DNA of 64,000 bases from the NCBI GenBank assembly GCA_033764955.1, contig JANRIL010000019.1, positions 32,001 through 96,000 on the forward strand, read 5' to 3'. Source of the DNA: Cyanobacteriota bacterium (GTDB lineage Bacteria > Cyanobacteriota > Cyanobacteriia > Thermostichales > Thermostichaceae). Positions 20,906-29,094 of this stretch are shown here, in pieces. The stretch's first letter is position 1. Every line of letters begins with the position of its first letter. The notes under the pieces were generated by a model. That model worked only from the letters and a program-made list of their open reading frames with translations, was not told where the DNA came from and did no database searches. Position numbers and translations under genes: made by a program.

Positions 20906-21694
20906 ATGGGTCTATATGGAGGTCTTTTGGGCATTGATATAAGTGTGGATGAAAACCCGATCGAATCGGCAAATGTGTTGCAAATTGTCAGCGATTTACA
21001 GCAGGTAATTGCCGACTTTGATCGCCGCCCCACCTATACGGTTCGCGGTAAGGGGGGGCAAACCTTTGCCTTTTTTGCCACCTCGGTGACTGACAATATC
21101 CCTCCTTTGCAGCCTCGTTTATCGAGAGCAATTTCTTCCCTCAGCCGTCTCCATCTTACCCAAACCCATCAAGCCACACTGGGGGTAGGAGAGGAGGATC
21201 GAGGAGCCATGATCATCTCGGATATTTTGCTCAGCTATGATTTGCCCCGCACCCTCGCCCGTTGGACGCCTTCCGGTGCCCCTGGTGAAATTGGGATCCC
21301 TTTAGCCAATGAATATATTCCTGAAGGCAGTATTCAAGTGTTTTTGAATGGGGTAAAACCTGAGGATCGGGTAATTTTAGTCGATGATTTGATCAGTACG
21401 GGCGGCACAATGGTTGCTCTCATCCAAGCGGTGCAAAAAGCAGGAGCGGAGATATTAGAAATTTTTACGATTGGCGAAAAAACTGAGAATCGCGGACGAG
21501 AGTATGTCTGGCAACAGACAGGCTATCACGTCAAAACCCTGTTGGCTTCCGGCTTAGTCGAGAAAGAAGATGGACAAGTAGTTTCTACCGTTACCCACTG
21601 CTATTTAGGAAATCTTCTCCCCACTCAGTTTGTGGAGGTAGCGGCTCACTTCCCGGCAGGGTTTTGTCGTCCGGGATCCGGTGAAATGTCGTGA
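20906..21694 (+). CDS. Type I phosphoribosyltransferase, resembling archaeal Hpt-like purine PRTases
   Basis: PRPP loop VILVDDLISTGGT plus TDNIP, PGEI, LNGVKPEDRV and TGYHVKTL. Begins immediately after the GT stop (TAA-ATG). Confidence 0.8.
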   Translation: MGLYGGLLGIDISVDENPIESANVLQIVSDLQQVIADFDRRPTYTVRGKGGQTFAFFATSVTDNIPPLQPRLSRAISSLSRLHLTQTHQATLGVGEEDRGAMIISDILLSYDLPRTLARWTPSGAPGEIGIPLANEYIPEGSIQVFLNGVKPEDRVILVDDLISTGGTMVALIQAVQKAGAEILEIFTIGEKTENRGREYVWQQTGYHVKTLLASGLVEKEDGQVVSTVTHCYLGNLLPTQFVEVAAHFPAGFCRPGSGEMS

Positions 21695-22109
21695 GTCTAT
21701 GGTGCGGACTGGTTTGGCTAGCTTCAAAGGTTTATTAAAACTTGCGTCACTGCTTGAGTGTCCTACATTATCCATTCAGAAATATAGTCATTCCAAATAA
21801 GAATGCGACCACCTAAGTCTTGATATCGAAGCTTTGAGAGATTTTAGATTTCTCAAACTAAATTGGAATAGCTATACTACCGTCTTTTTTTGCAAAATAC
21901 TGGCTCATGAAGTTCGCCTATCCTTTTTGATTCTTTTGCACTCTGGGATCCCTTTTCCGCAGGATGACTCGCTATTTGTTGTTGGGATCCCTGCGCTATT
22001 ACTAAAAAACCACGATCTCTCAACTTAGAAAGACCGTGGGCGAGTACACACTATTTCAAGATTTTCAGTTACCAGTATAGGAAAGGATCCCGATGCAAGG
22101 GGGTTGGAA

Positions 22110-22340
22110 TTAGGGAGATGGATCGGTAGTGGTAAAGCTACTTACTTCCAACACTGGCCCAACCTGTGCCGCCGTCACCATATCCGGTTTCACCTGCCCC
22201 TTGATCGACACCTTCAACCCTTCCTTCAGTAGCTCTTTGGGGGCTCGAAACAGGGCGTAATGCCGACCAGAGTCCACCGTCAGCACCCAGACCCCCCCTT
22301 CGATATCCAAAAATTCGATTTGTCCCACATAGGCTTCCAT
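22110..22340 (-). CDS. Small beta-rich hypothetical protein coupled to the S8 protease
   Basis: MEAYVGQIEFLDIEGGVWVL...GLKVSIKGQV...GPVLEV; its ATG overlaps the protease TGA (TGATG). Confidence 0.7.
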   Translation of the reverse strand: MEAYVGQIEFLDIEGGVWVLTVDSGRHYALFRAPKELLKEGLKVSIKGQVKPDMVTAAQVGPVLEVSSFTTTDPSP

Positions 22341-24202
22341 CACGACTGGCTCACCGCTAACGAGGTGGATCGGGACTGTAGCGTAGCTTGGGTTGCTGTA
22401 TAGGCTAAGCCCAGACAGAATAGCCCATTCAGGAGTAAAAAGCTGCGCCCAAACCAAGCACCAGACCCAAACCATACCACTCCCTCATAGAAAAGTGTGC
22501 CCGATAACAGGAGGTGAGAGGCCATCCCCATTGCTAGCCCAATCGCTGCCCAGCGTAGATGGCGATGACCCAGGAAAAGCAGGATGGCTAAAGCCGGGAA
22601 AAGCACGCTGGCAAATAGAGGGTTAAGGGCGGCACTCTGGGCAAAAGCGGATCCCATGTCTGGAACGGAACTCCCCAGCAGTTGCAGCGGCCAGCGAGGC
22701 ATCCCCGTCACCACTAACCCTTGCAAAACAAACAAACCGGAACTGCCCAAGACAATGCCTGCCGCTAAAGGCAAAGGGGATCCCAGTCGTTTGGGAGCCA
22801 GCCACCAGCGAATCAAAATCAGTACGACATAGCCACCAATTACCATCAGTAGCTTGGGCACCAGCGCAATCGCCCCCCCATCCAGCCAGAAACGAGGACT
22901 CAGATAACCGTTGTCATTTAGATAACGCAAGAAATCTTTACCCCAGAGCAACAGAGGATTGTCGTCCTGCACCTGAGAGGTGGTGAGAACCGCTTGGTGG
23001 GCATTCAACCGACCTGACCCAAAATAATTTAGCTTGTCATTCTCCACCGGAGTAGCCGACATTTTCAGGATTCGCTCCACCTGATCGGGATCCGTCACCC
23101 CTTGGGACTGAATCAGCGCCGCCACCCCCGCTACATGGGGAGTAGCCATACTGGTACCTTGATAATAGGCAAATAGAGCTTCGTCAGGATTGCGGCGGTT
23201 AATCGTCTGTTGCAGGATCCCCCATTCTGGATGCTCCTGGGTTTTGGCTCCACCAGGGGCTGAGATATCCACCCCCACCCCATAGTTGGAATAGGGAGCC
23301 TTGGATCCATCAGGTCCTGTCGCGGAGACCCCGATTACATGCTCACAAGCGCCGGGATAGCTAACACTGCCAGAGTTTTCGTTGCCCGCCGCCGCGATCA
23401 CCGTCACCCCTTTGCTGTGGGCGTAGGTAACGGCCTCCTGCATTAACTGGGCGGGAGAACGGCTGCCCAAACTCATGTTGATGACGGTGGCTCCATGGTC
23501 AGCCGCATAGCGGATCCCTTCTGCCACATCTGCCAACGAACCAAATCCATTGGCATCTAACACCCGTACGGGCATGATCTTGGCGCGATAGGCGATCCCC
23601 GCCACCCCAAAGGCATTATTCGTGGATTGGGCAATCGTTCCCGCCACATGGGTGCCATGCCCCTGTAAGTCATCAGCAACTTCATCGTCATCCACAAAGT
23701 CGTAGCCCTTAACAAATTCGGTTTCCGCAAGATCCGAAACCTGGGTGACTCCGGTGTCGATCACCGCTACGGTTACCCCCTCTCCTGCCGTGATATCCCA
23801 TGCTGGTGGCATCTGAATCGCCTGCATGTTCCACTGTTGGTTGTAGAGCCGATCATTGGGCACAAAAGCTGCCGAGTAGAGATAATTTGGCTCGGCATAC
23901 TCAACCAATGCCTCTTGGCTAAGGGCTTTCAGCAGTTGACGAACCTTACCGGAGTGGGTAGCCACTTGGCCTAGGGGAGCCTGATAGAGTTCTTCGGACT
24001 GGGCATAGTGGCTAGCACTATTGAGCCGCAACGGGAGGTGATATTTTTCGGCCATTGCCGATACCTGAACAGGCGTAACAGTATCGACAAAGTTGACAAT
24101 AATACTGTCGTAGGAGGGTGAGGTGCTGTGGGGGGCACAGGCGGTCAGCGCCAATGCGGCTAAACATGCCCACCAAAGACCCAGCCAGCGTTTTATGCTC
24201 AT
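22340..24202 (-). CDS. Subtilisin-like S8 serine protease: lipoprotein with C-terminal membrane domain
   Basis: Catalytic triad VAVIDTG / HGTHVAG / GTSMATP; lipobox LTAC after MSIKR (start 24202); several C-terminal TM helices. Confidence 0.92.
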   Translation of the reverse strand: MSIKRWLGLWWACLAALALTACAPHSTSPSYDSIIVNFVDTVTPVQVSAMAEKYHLPLRLNSASHYAQSEELYQAPLGQVATHSGKVRQLLKALSQEALVEYAEPNYLYSAAFVPNDRLYNQQWNMQAIQMPPAWDITAGEGVTVAVIDTGVTQVSDLAETEFVKGYDFVDDDEVADDLQGHGTHVAGTIAQSTNNAFGVAGIAYRAKIMPVRVLDANGFGSLADVAEGIRYAADHGATVINMSLGSRSPAQLMQEAVTYAHSKGVTVIAAAGNENSGSVSYPGACEHVIGVSATGPDGSKAPYSNYGVGVDISAPGGAKTQEHPEWGILQQTINRRNPDEALFAYYQGTSMATPHVAGVAALIQSQGVTDPDQVERILKMSATPVENDKLNYFGSGRLNAHQAVLTTSQVQDDNPLLLWGKDFLRYLNDNGYLSPRFWLDGGAIALVPKLLMVIGGYVVLILIRWWLAPKRLGSPLPLAAGIVLGSSGLFVLQGLVVTGMPRWPLQLLGSSVPDMGSAFAQSAALNPLFASVLFPALAILLFLGHRHLRWAAIGLAMGMASHLLLSGTLFYEGVVWFGSGAWFGRSFLLLNGLFCLGLAYTATQATLQSRSTSLAVSQS

Positions 24203-24318
24203 GTGTTTCGGGCCTCTTGGGATCCAGAACTTGCAACCAGTATGCCTTCTGATTTTCCAATTGACGAGGCATCTCTGGGCAAAGCCGAGGGGATGGGATC
24301 CCACATGGAGAATAAATG

Positions 24319-24361
24319 GTAATTTTTGTTGCAAAATTAGGCGAGGCTGGCTTTTTATAAT
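24319..24361 (+). promoter_or_regulatory. Putative NtcA-activated promoter
   Basis: GTA-ATTTTTGT-TGC (GTA-N8-TAC with one mismatch) at 24319-24332, then 23 nt, then TATAAT at 24356-24361. Confidence 0.5.
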
Positions 24362-24561
24362 GATGGCTATCCAAAAGATAATGATCGCCATCTTCATGCC
24401 TGAGCAGGGAACCCTTGAGTCCACATCTCAGTCAGCAACCATCATCCACACCCCCCTCCCGACTGTCCGCAATCTCTCAAGGACGAGCTACGCTTCATCC
24501 ACCCATCCAGTCTCAATATTCAATCTGTTCAACGATTGATGATCCTACCTAAGGCAAGCCC

Positions 24562-25641
24562 ATGACCCAACAGCAGACTTCATCTTCCCTGATCAAACGT
24601 CGTCAATTTCTCCAAGCCGGATCCCTGGCGTTGGGGGCGGGAGTATTGGCGGCGGGGACTAGCCACAGTCAGTCGCGCCGTGGTCCCACCCTGATTGTGC
24701 AGGCAGAACTCAAAAAACTGACCTATGGCACCAACTGGCTAGCCCAAGCGGAGCATGGCGGCTTCTACCAAGCGGTGGCGGCGGGAATCTACAAAGAACA
24801 TGGCCTGGATGTCACCATCAAAATGGGTGGACCGCAGGTAAATGGTACGCAGCTCTTGGTGGGGGGTGGCATTGATCTGTTTATGGGATCCGGTGCTGCC
24901 CAACTGTTCTCCATCAGCGAGGGGTTGCCCCTGATCACCGTGGCGGGCATCTTCCAAAAAGACCCGCAGGTGTTGCTGGCTCCCCCCGATAAAGGCATTG
25001 ATAGTTTGGATGATCTAAAGGGCAAACCCATCTATATTTCCAGTGGAGCCAATACGACCTACTGGCCGTTTTTGAAGGCAAAATTTGGCTTTACCGATGA
25101 TCAAAAGCGCCCCTACAATTTCAACTCTGGGCCATTTGTCACCGATGTCAAAAATGGCGATATCACGGCTCAGCAGGGCTATCTCACCTCCGAACCCCTG
25201 GCTATCGAGAAAGAGGGGGGATTCAAGCCCGTAGTCTTGTTGATGGCGGATTTTGGCTACAGTCCTTATGCCACCACCATTCAAACCACGCAAAAACTGG
25301 TGGATTCGGATCCCGATACGGTGCAACGGTTCGTGGATGCCACCATCAAAGGCTGGTACAGCTTCTTTGAAAATCCGGATCCGGCCATCCCCCTCATCAA
25401 AAAAGACAACACGGAGATGACCGATGATCTGATTGCCTATGGCATTGAAAAGATGCAGGAATACGGAATTGTCATGTCGGGGGATGCTGAAAAACTGGGT
25501 ATCGGAGCCATGACTGATGAACGGTGGAAGGCTCTTTTTGACTCCATGGTGGAAGCCGGCAACCTCAAAGCTGACCTCAATTATCAAAGCGGCTATACCC
25601 TCCAGTTCATTAACAAAGGGGCTGATGCCTATAAAGCCTGA
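24562..25641 (+). CDS. ABC transporter substrate-binding protein, NMT1/THI5-like, with Tat signal
   Basis: Twin-arginine KRRQFL signal; TNWLAQAEHGGFYQA, GLDVTIKMGGPQVN, QQGYLTSEP. Confidence 0.88.
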   Translation: MTQQQTSSSLIKRRQFLQAGSLALGAGVLAAGTSHSQSRRGPTLIVQAELKKLTYGTNWLAQAEHGGFYQAVAAGIYKEHGLDVTIKMGGPQVNGTQLLVGGGIDLFMGSGAAQLFSISEGLPLITVAGIFQKDPQVLLAPPDKGIDSLDDLKGKPIYISSGANTTYWPFLKAKFGFTDDQKRPYNFNSGPFVTDVKNGDITAQQGYLTSEPLAIEKEGGFKPVVLLMADFGYSPYATTIQTTQKLVDSDPDTVQRFVDATIKGWYSFFENPDPAIPLIKKDNTEMTDDLIAYGIEKMQEYGIVMSGDAEKLGIGAMTDERWKALFDSMVEAGNLKADLNYQSGYTLQFINKGADAYKA

Positions 25642-25799
25642 GCCGTTGCCATCTGACTTGCGGAACGGGGAGAGTAGGGATCCCTTCCCTGATTTGTGGG
25701 GATCCCGTTTTTATCTCCATAGGCAAGTGGGGGGCTTTGGGGTAATCTTGATTAATCTTGATCAAGCCATCCTAAATTAGTTCTCAATAAATTCTAAAT

Positions 25800-26801
25800 A
25801 TGAGCAGCATGTCCCTTTTACAAACCACGGGGCAAACCATTCCTGTAGTGGATTTGATGGAATTTCGGGCAGGTGTGGCTGCTCAGCGGGATGATTTTGT
25901 GATGACTGTGGGCAATGCCCTCGCTGAGGTTGGGTTTTTCGCGGTGGTTAACCATGGCGTCCCTCCTCAACTGATTCAGTCCGCCTATCAAGTAGCTGCG
26001 GAATTTTTTGCTTTGCCGGATGCAAACAAACTTGCTTATGAAAATCCCCAATGGCAAGGGCAACGGGGGTTTACTCATTTTGGCAAGGAACATGCTAAGG
26101 GTCAGCTAGCCCCCGATTTGAAGGAGTTTTGGCATGTGGGTCGAGAGCTATCGACCAGCGAACCAGCCTGTGTGTTGCCCAAGGATCCCGATCCCGCCGG
26201 GTTGTGGTTCCCCAACCCTTGGCCGCAGGAGGTTCCTGCCTTTCAGCTTGTTATGACCGCTCTTTACCAACAGCTAGAAACTTGTGCAGAAAGCCTGCTG
26301 GAGTCCATTGCGCTCTATCTGGGAGAGCCTCCCCACCTGCTGACGGATATGGTGCGATTGGGGGCAACCCTCCTACGGATTATTCATTATCCCCCTTTGC
26401 CTGCCCATGGTTCTCCCCAAGGTATGCGGGCAGCCGCCCACGAAGACATCAACTTGATTACTCTGTTGTGTGAATCTACCGCACCTGGTCTAGAGCTACT
26501 GCAACGGGATGGGTCGTGGCTGCCCATTCAACCCCTACCAGGGCAGATCATTGTGGATGCAGGAGATATGCTCCAACAACTCACCAATGGTTTGCTGAAA
26601 AGTACAACCCATCGCGTCACCAATCCTGACAATGACCGAGAACGCCGATTTTCCATGCCATTTTTTGTCCATCCCAGACCGGAAGTGGATCTGACTCCAT
26701 TGCCAAGTTGCCTGACACGCACAGGTGGCAAGCCACGCTTCCCATCCATTACCGCCCAGCAGTATCTCCAGCAGCGTTTGCAGGAAATTGGTTTAGCTTA
26801 G
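25800..26801 (+). CDS. 2-oxoglutarate/Fe(II) oxygenase, isopenicillin-N-synthase-like family
   Basis: IPVVDL, GFFAVVNHG, LLRIIHYPP, HED (HxD), STTHRV, RFS (RxS). Confidence 0.92.
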   Translation: MSSMSLLQTTGQTIPVVDLMEFRAGVAAQRDDFVMTVGNALAEVGFFAVVNHGVPPQLIQSAYQVAAEFFALPDANKLAYENPQWQGQRGFTHFGKEHAKGQLAPDLKEFWHVGRELSTSEPACVLPKDPDPAGLWFPNPWPQEVPAFQLVMTALYQQLETCAESLLESIALYLGEPPHLLTDMVRLGATLLRIIHYPPLPAHGSPQGMRAAAHEDINLITLLCESTAPGLELLQRDGSWLPIQPLPGQIIVDAGDMLQQLTNGLLKSTTHRVTNPDNDRERRFSMPFFVHPRPEVDLTPLPSCLTRTGGKPRFPSITAQQYLQQRLQEIGLA

Positions 26802-26903
26802 TAGTCTGGCTTAATAGTTGTGGCTAGCCCACAGACTTGACCCCATCGGCGAAATCCTTTACCGTGGGCATTAAACTCCTGTCTACCAGTTTTAGGATCC
26901 AAA

Positions 26904-27092
26904 ATGGGTATGGAATTACATGAACTGAGAGCGTTGGTAGATCGTGCCCTAGCTGATGGCTGTCTAACCCAAGTTGAGATGGATCAAATTATGGACGCCA
27001 TCATGGAAGATGGAGTGGTTTCGGCAGATGAGTCAAAAATTTTAGATATGATTGAATCCAAAATGATTAGTAACGAAATTCAGCTAGGTTAG
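26904..27092 (+). CDS. Small acidic hypothetical protein with two DGxxxxxE repeats
   Basis: 62 aa; ADGCLTQVE and EDGVVSADE sit in helix-loop-helix context. Confidence 0.6.
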   Translation: MGMELHELRALVDRALADGCLTQVEMDQIMDAIMEDGVVSADESKILDMIESKMISNEIQLG

Positions 27093-27175
27093 TTTTTGAC
27101 CTATTTAGTGGTGAGCTATTTGTAGTTTTCCCTACTTTAGCTATTTTCTCAGCCAAGGCGATAGGGATCCCTTTT

Positions 27176-27517
27176 TCAGCGGTGGGATTGACGCCATGAC
27201 CGCCACCACCCCCAAAGCCCTGGGTAGTGAATATGCTTTTCCTTGAGCAAGTTATCCAGTTGTTGGGGATAGCTTGGGGGGAGGTCAGGAGGTAAACCAC
27301 TTTGGGACAAATTTAGCCGTAACAAATAGGCGTAGCGACGGATCCGTTGGCGCAGTTGGCTGGGTTCTGCTGTTCTACATAGGTTACAGATAGCTCCCAG
27401 ATCAATCCCCTGATCATTGAGCAGGTGATAGTGGCAACGCTGGCTAGTCAGCAATCGCCCACAGGTGGCACAATAACCACGTTCCCCAGAATCCCCAGAA
27501 CGCTGACAAATTCGCAT
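27176..27517 (-). CDS. Hypothetical protein with two CxxC motifs (possible zinc ribbon)
   Basis: CATC and CNLC pairs; fills the gap between neighbouring genes. Confidence 0.5.
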   Translation of the reverse strand: MRICQRSGDSGERGYCATCGRLLTSQRCHYHLLNDQGIDLGAICNLCRTAEPSQLRQRIRRYAYLLRLNLSQSGLPPDLPPSYPQQLDNLLKEKHIHYPGLWGWWRSWRQSHR

Positions 27518-27574
27518 GGGATCCTGGCCCCTCCCTTACACCAAAACCTGCTAGCCTGCTACAGTGTACTGTCG

Positions 27575-29059
27575 ATGGACTCAGCCTACCATTTTTTGCT
27601 GACCCAACCGGATGCTGTGACAGATCCCCGTTTTTCTTCCTCCCACACCAACTCCTCGGCCTCCTTGCCGACTGCTCACGGTTGGCAACCTATCGATCGC
27701 TGGGTGGCAGGGGTCACCGGTTTCAGCCTGATCATTCTTAGTTGCCTGGTGTTTTTGGGATTTTATGCTCCCCCCCAGGTCAGGGACTTTAATTGGCAAG
27801 AGCAGCGGGTGACCGCTCAGGATCGGCAACTGGTTTTGACCTTCAACCGCCCGATGGATGGGGGGAGTGTGGAAGATCACTTTCAGATTTCCCCTGCTTT
27901 ACCTGGGCGAAGCCACTGGCTAGGCTATCGCTTTATCTATACGTTGGATCAACCCGCTCCCTATGGACAGGTCTATCAGGTGCGCCTGGAGGGTGCCCGT
28001 GATCAACGGGGACGGGAGATGACTCAGCCTTTTCAGGGAGCCTTTCGCACCCCTGACCGCCAACTGTTGCTGATCGGCGCGACGGGAGAAGCGGCAGGGC
28101 GGTTACTGTTGTTCAACCTGGAAACGGGATCCCAGTCCTTCTTGACCGCCGCCGATCAAAAAGTTACCCAGGTACAGGTGGCGGGGGATGGGGATACGAT
28201 TTTTTACTTTGCCACCCTCGATACCCTGCAAAACCAGGATCTTTATCAGTTCTCCCTGCGCCAACAAACCACCACCCTTTTGTTAGATCATCAAGCTTGG
28301 CAAAATCTCCGGCTAGAAAATTCCCCTGATGGCACCCTCTTGATTGTGGAGCGGATTAGCCGAGAAAATCCTGGAGAAATTCGTCTTTGGAGTAAGGCTC
28401 TCTCGGAGCAACGCTTTCGCCTGTTGGATCTGACCAGCGATGGCGGTGGGGATTTTCTAATTACCCCCGACAATACCAGCCTTCTGATGGCACAGGGACA
28501 AGGGTTGAGCATTCTCCCTCTCGATTCCTCGGTGGCGGGATCCGCTGCTGATTTTTTGCCGCAGTTTGGTCAGGCGATTGCCATGCAACCGGATGGATCC
28601 CATGCGGCGCTTGTGGCTTTTAATCCCGATTACACCCGCAGCCTCTGGATTGTCAGCAACACGGGACGCAGCCAATCCGTGCTAACCACCGATGGAGGGA
28701 TCGTGGCTGGGCGATTTTCTCCGGATGGAGAGATTTTTTATTGCCTGACCCACCGCCGCAATCCTGACTACACCGAATCTCCCCTCTTGCTGGCGCTCCA
28801 CTGGCAAACCCAACACTCTATCCCCCTGGTGGAGGCGGAATTTCCGACGCAACTGGAATTTAGCCTCTCCCCCGATGGTAGGAGCCTAGTTTATAGCCGC
28901 TTGCAGCCCAGCGAAGGGATCCCCAACCCCCGCGCCCCCTTGAGCAAGACTGGTCAAGCCATTGCCAATAGTCAAATCTATCGACTCGACCTCACCCAGG
29001 ATCCCCCCACCCCTCAGCCCCTTCCCCCGGCTGGCGTGAATCCGGTTTGGATCCCGTAA
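27575..29059 (+). CDS. Membrane-anchored Ig-like (Big_5/SbsA) plus beta-propeller protein
   Basis: TM helix, LTFNRPMD...F-ISPALPG...Y-VRLEGARD Ig-like segment, then repeated SPDG/QPDG turns (TolB-like propeller). Confidence 0.75.
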   Translation: MDSAYHFLLTQPDAVTDPRFSSSHTNSSASLPTAHGWQPIDRWVAGVTGFSLIILSCLVFLGFYAPPQVRDFNWQEQRVTAQDRQLVLTFNRPMDGGSVEDHFQISPALPGRSHWLGYRFIYTLDQPAPYGQVYQVRLEGARDQRGREMTQPFQGAFRTPDRQLLLIGATGEAAGRLLLFNLETGSQSFLTAADQKVTQVQVAGDGDTIFYFATLDTLQNQDLYQFSLRQQTTTLLLDHQAWQNLRLENSPDGTLLIVERISRENPGEIRLWSKALSEQRFRLLDLTSDGGGDFLITPDNTSLLMAQGQGLSILPLDSSVAGSAADFLPQFGQAIAMQPDGSHAALVAFNPDYTRSLWIVSNTGRSQSVLTTDGGIVAGRFSPDGEIFYCLTHRRNPDYTESPLLLALHWQTQHSIPLVEAEFPTQLEFSLSPDGRSLVYSRLQPSEGIPNPRAPLSKTGQAIANSQIYRLDLTQDPPTPQPLPPAGVNPVWIP

Positions 29060-29094
29060 CGACACTCCCTCCCCATCGGGGATGCCAACGTGGT

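Noticed and set aside
21834..22028. 64-aa ORF after the PRTase
   Set aside because: TTG start, no RBS, low-complexity AT-rich sequence; probably spurious.
24203..24424. N-terminal extension of the S8 protease in the ORF track
   Set aside because: The lipoprotein signal begins at Met 24202, and the extension overlaps the divergent promoter region.
24362..24561. TPP riboswitch ahead of the NMT1/THI5 gene
   Set aside because: No recognisable THI-box core arrangement.
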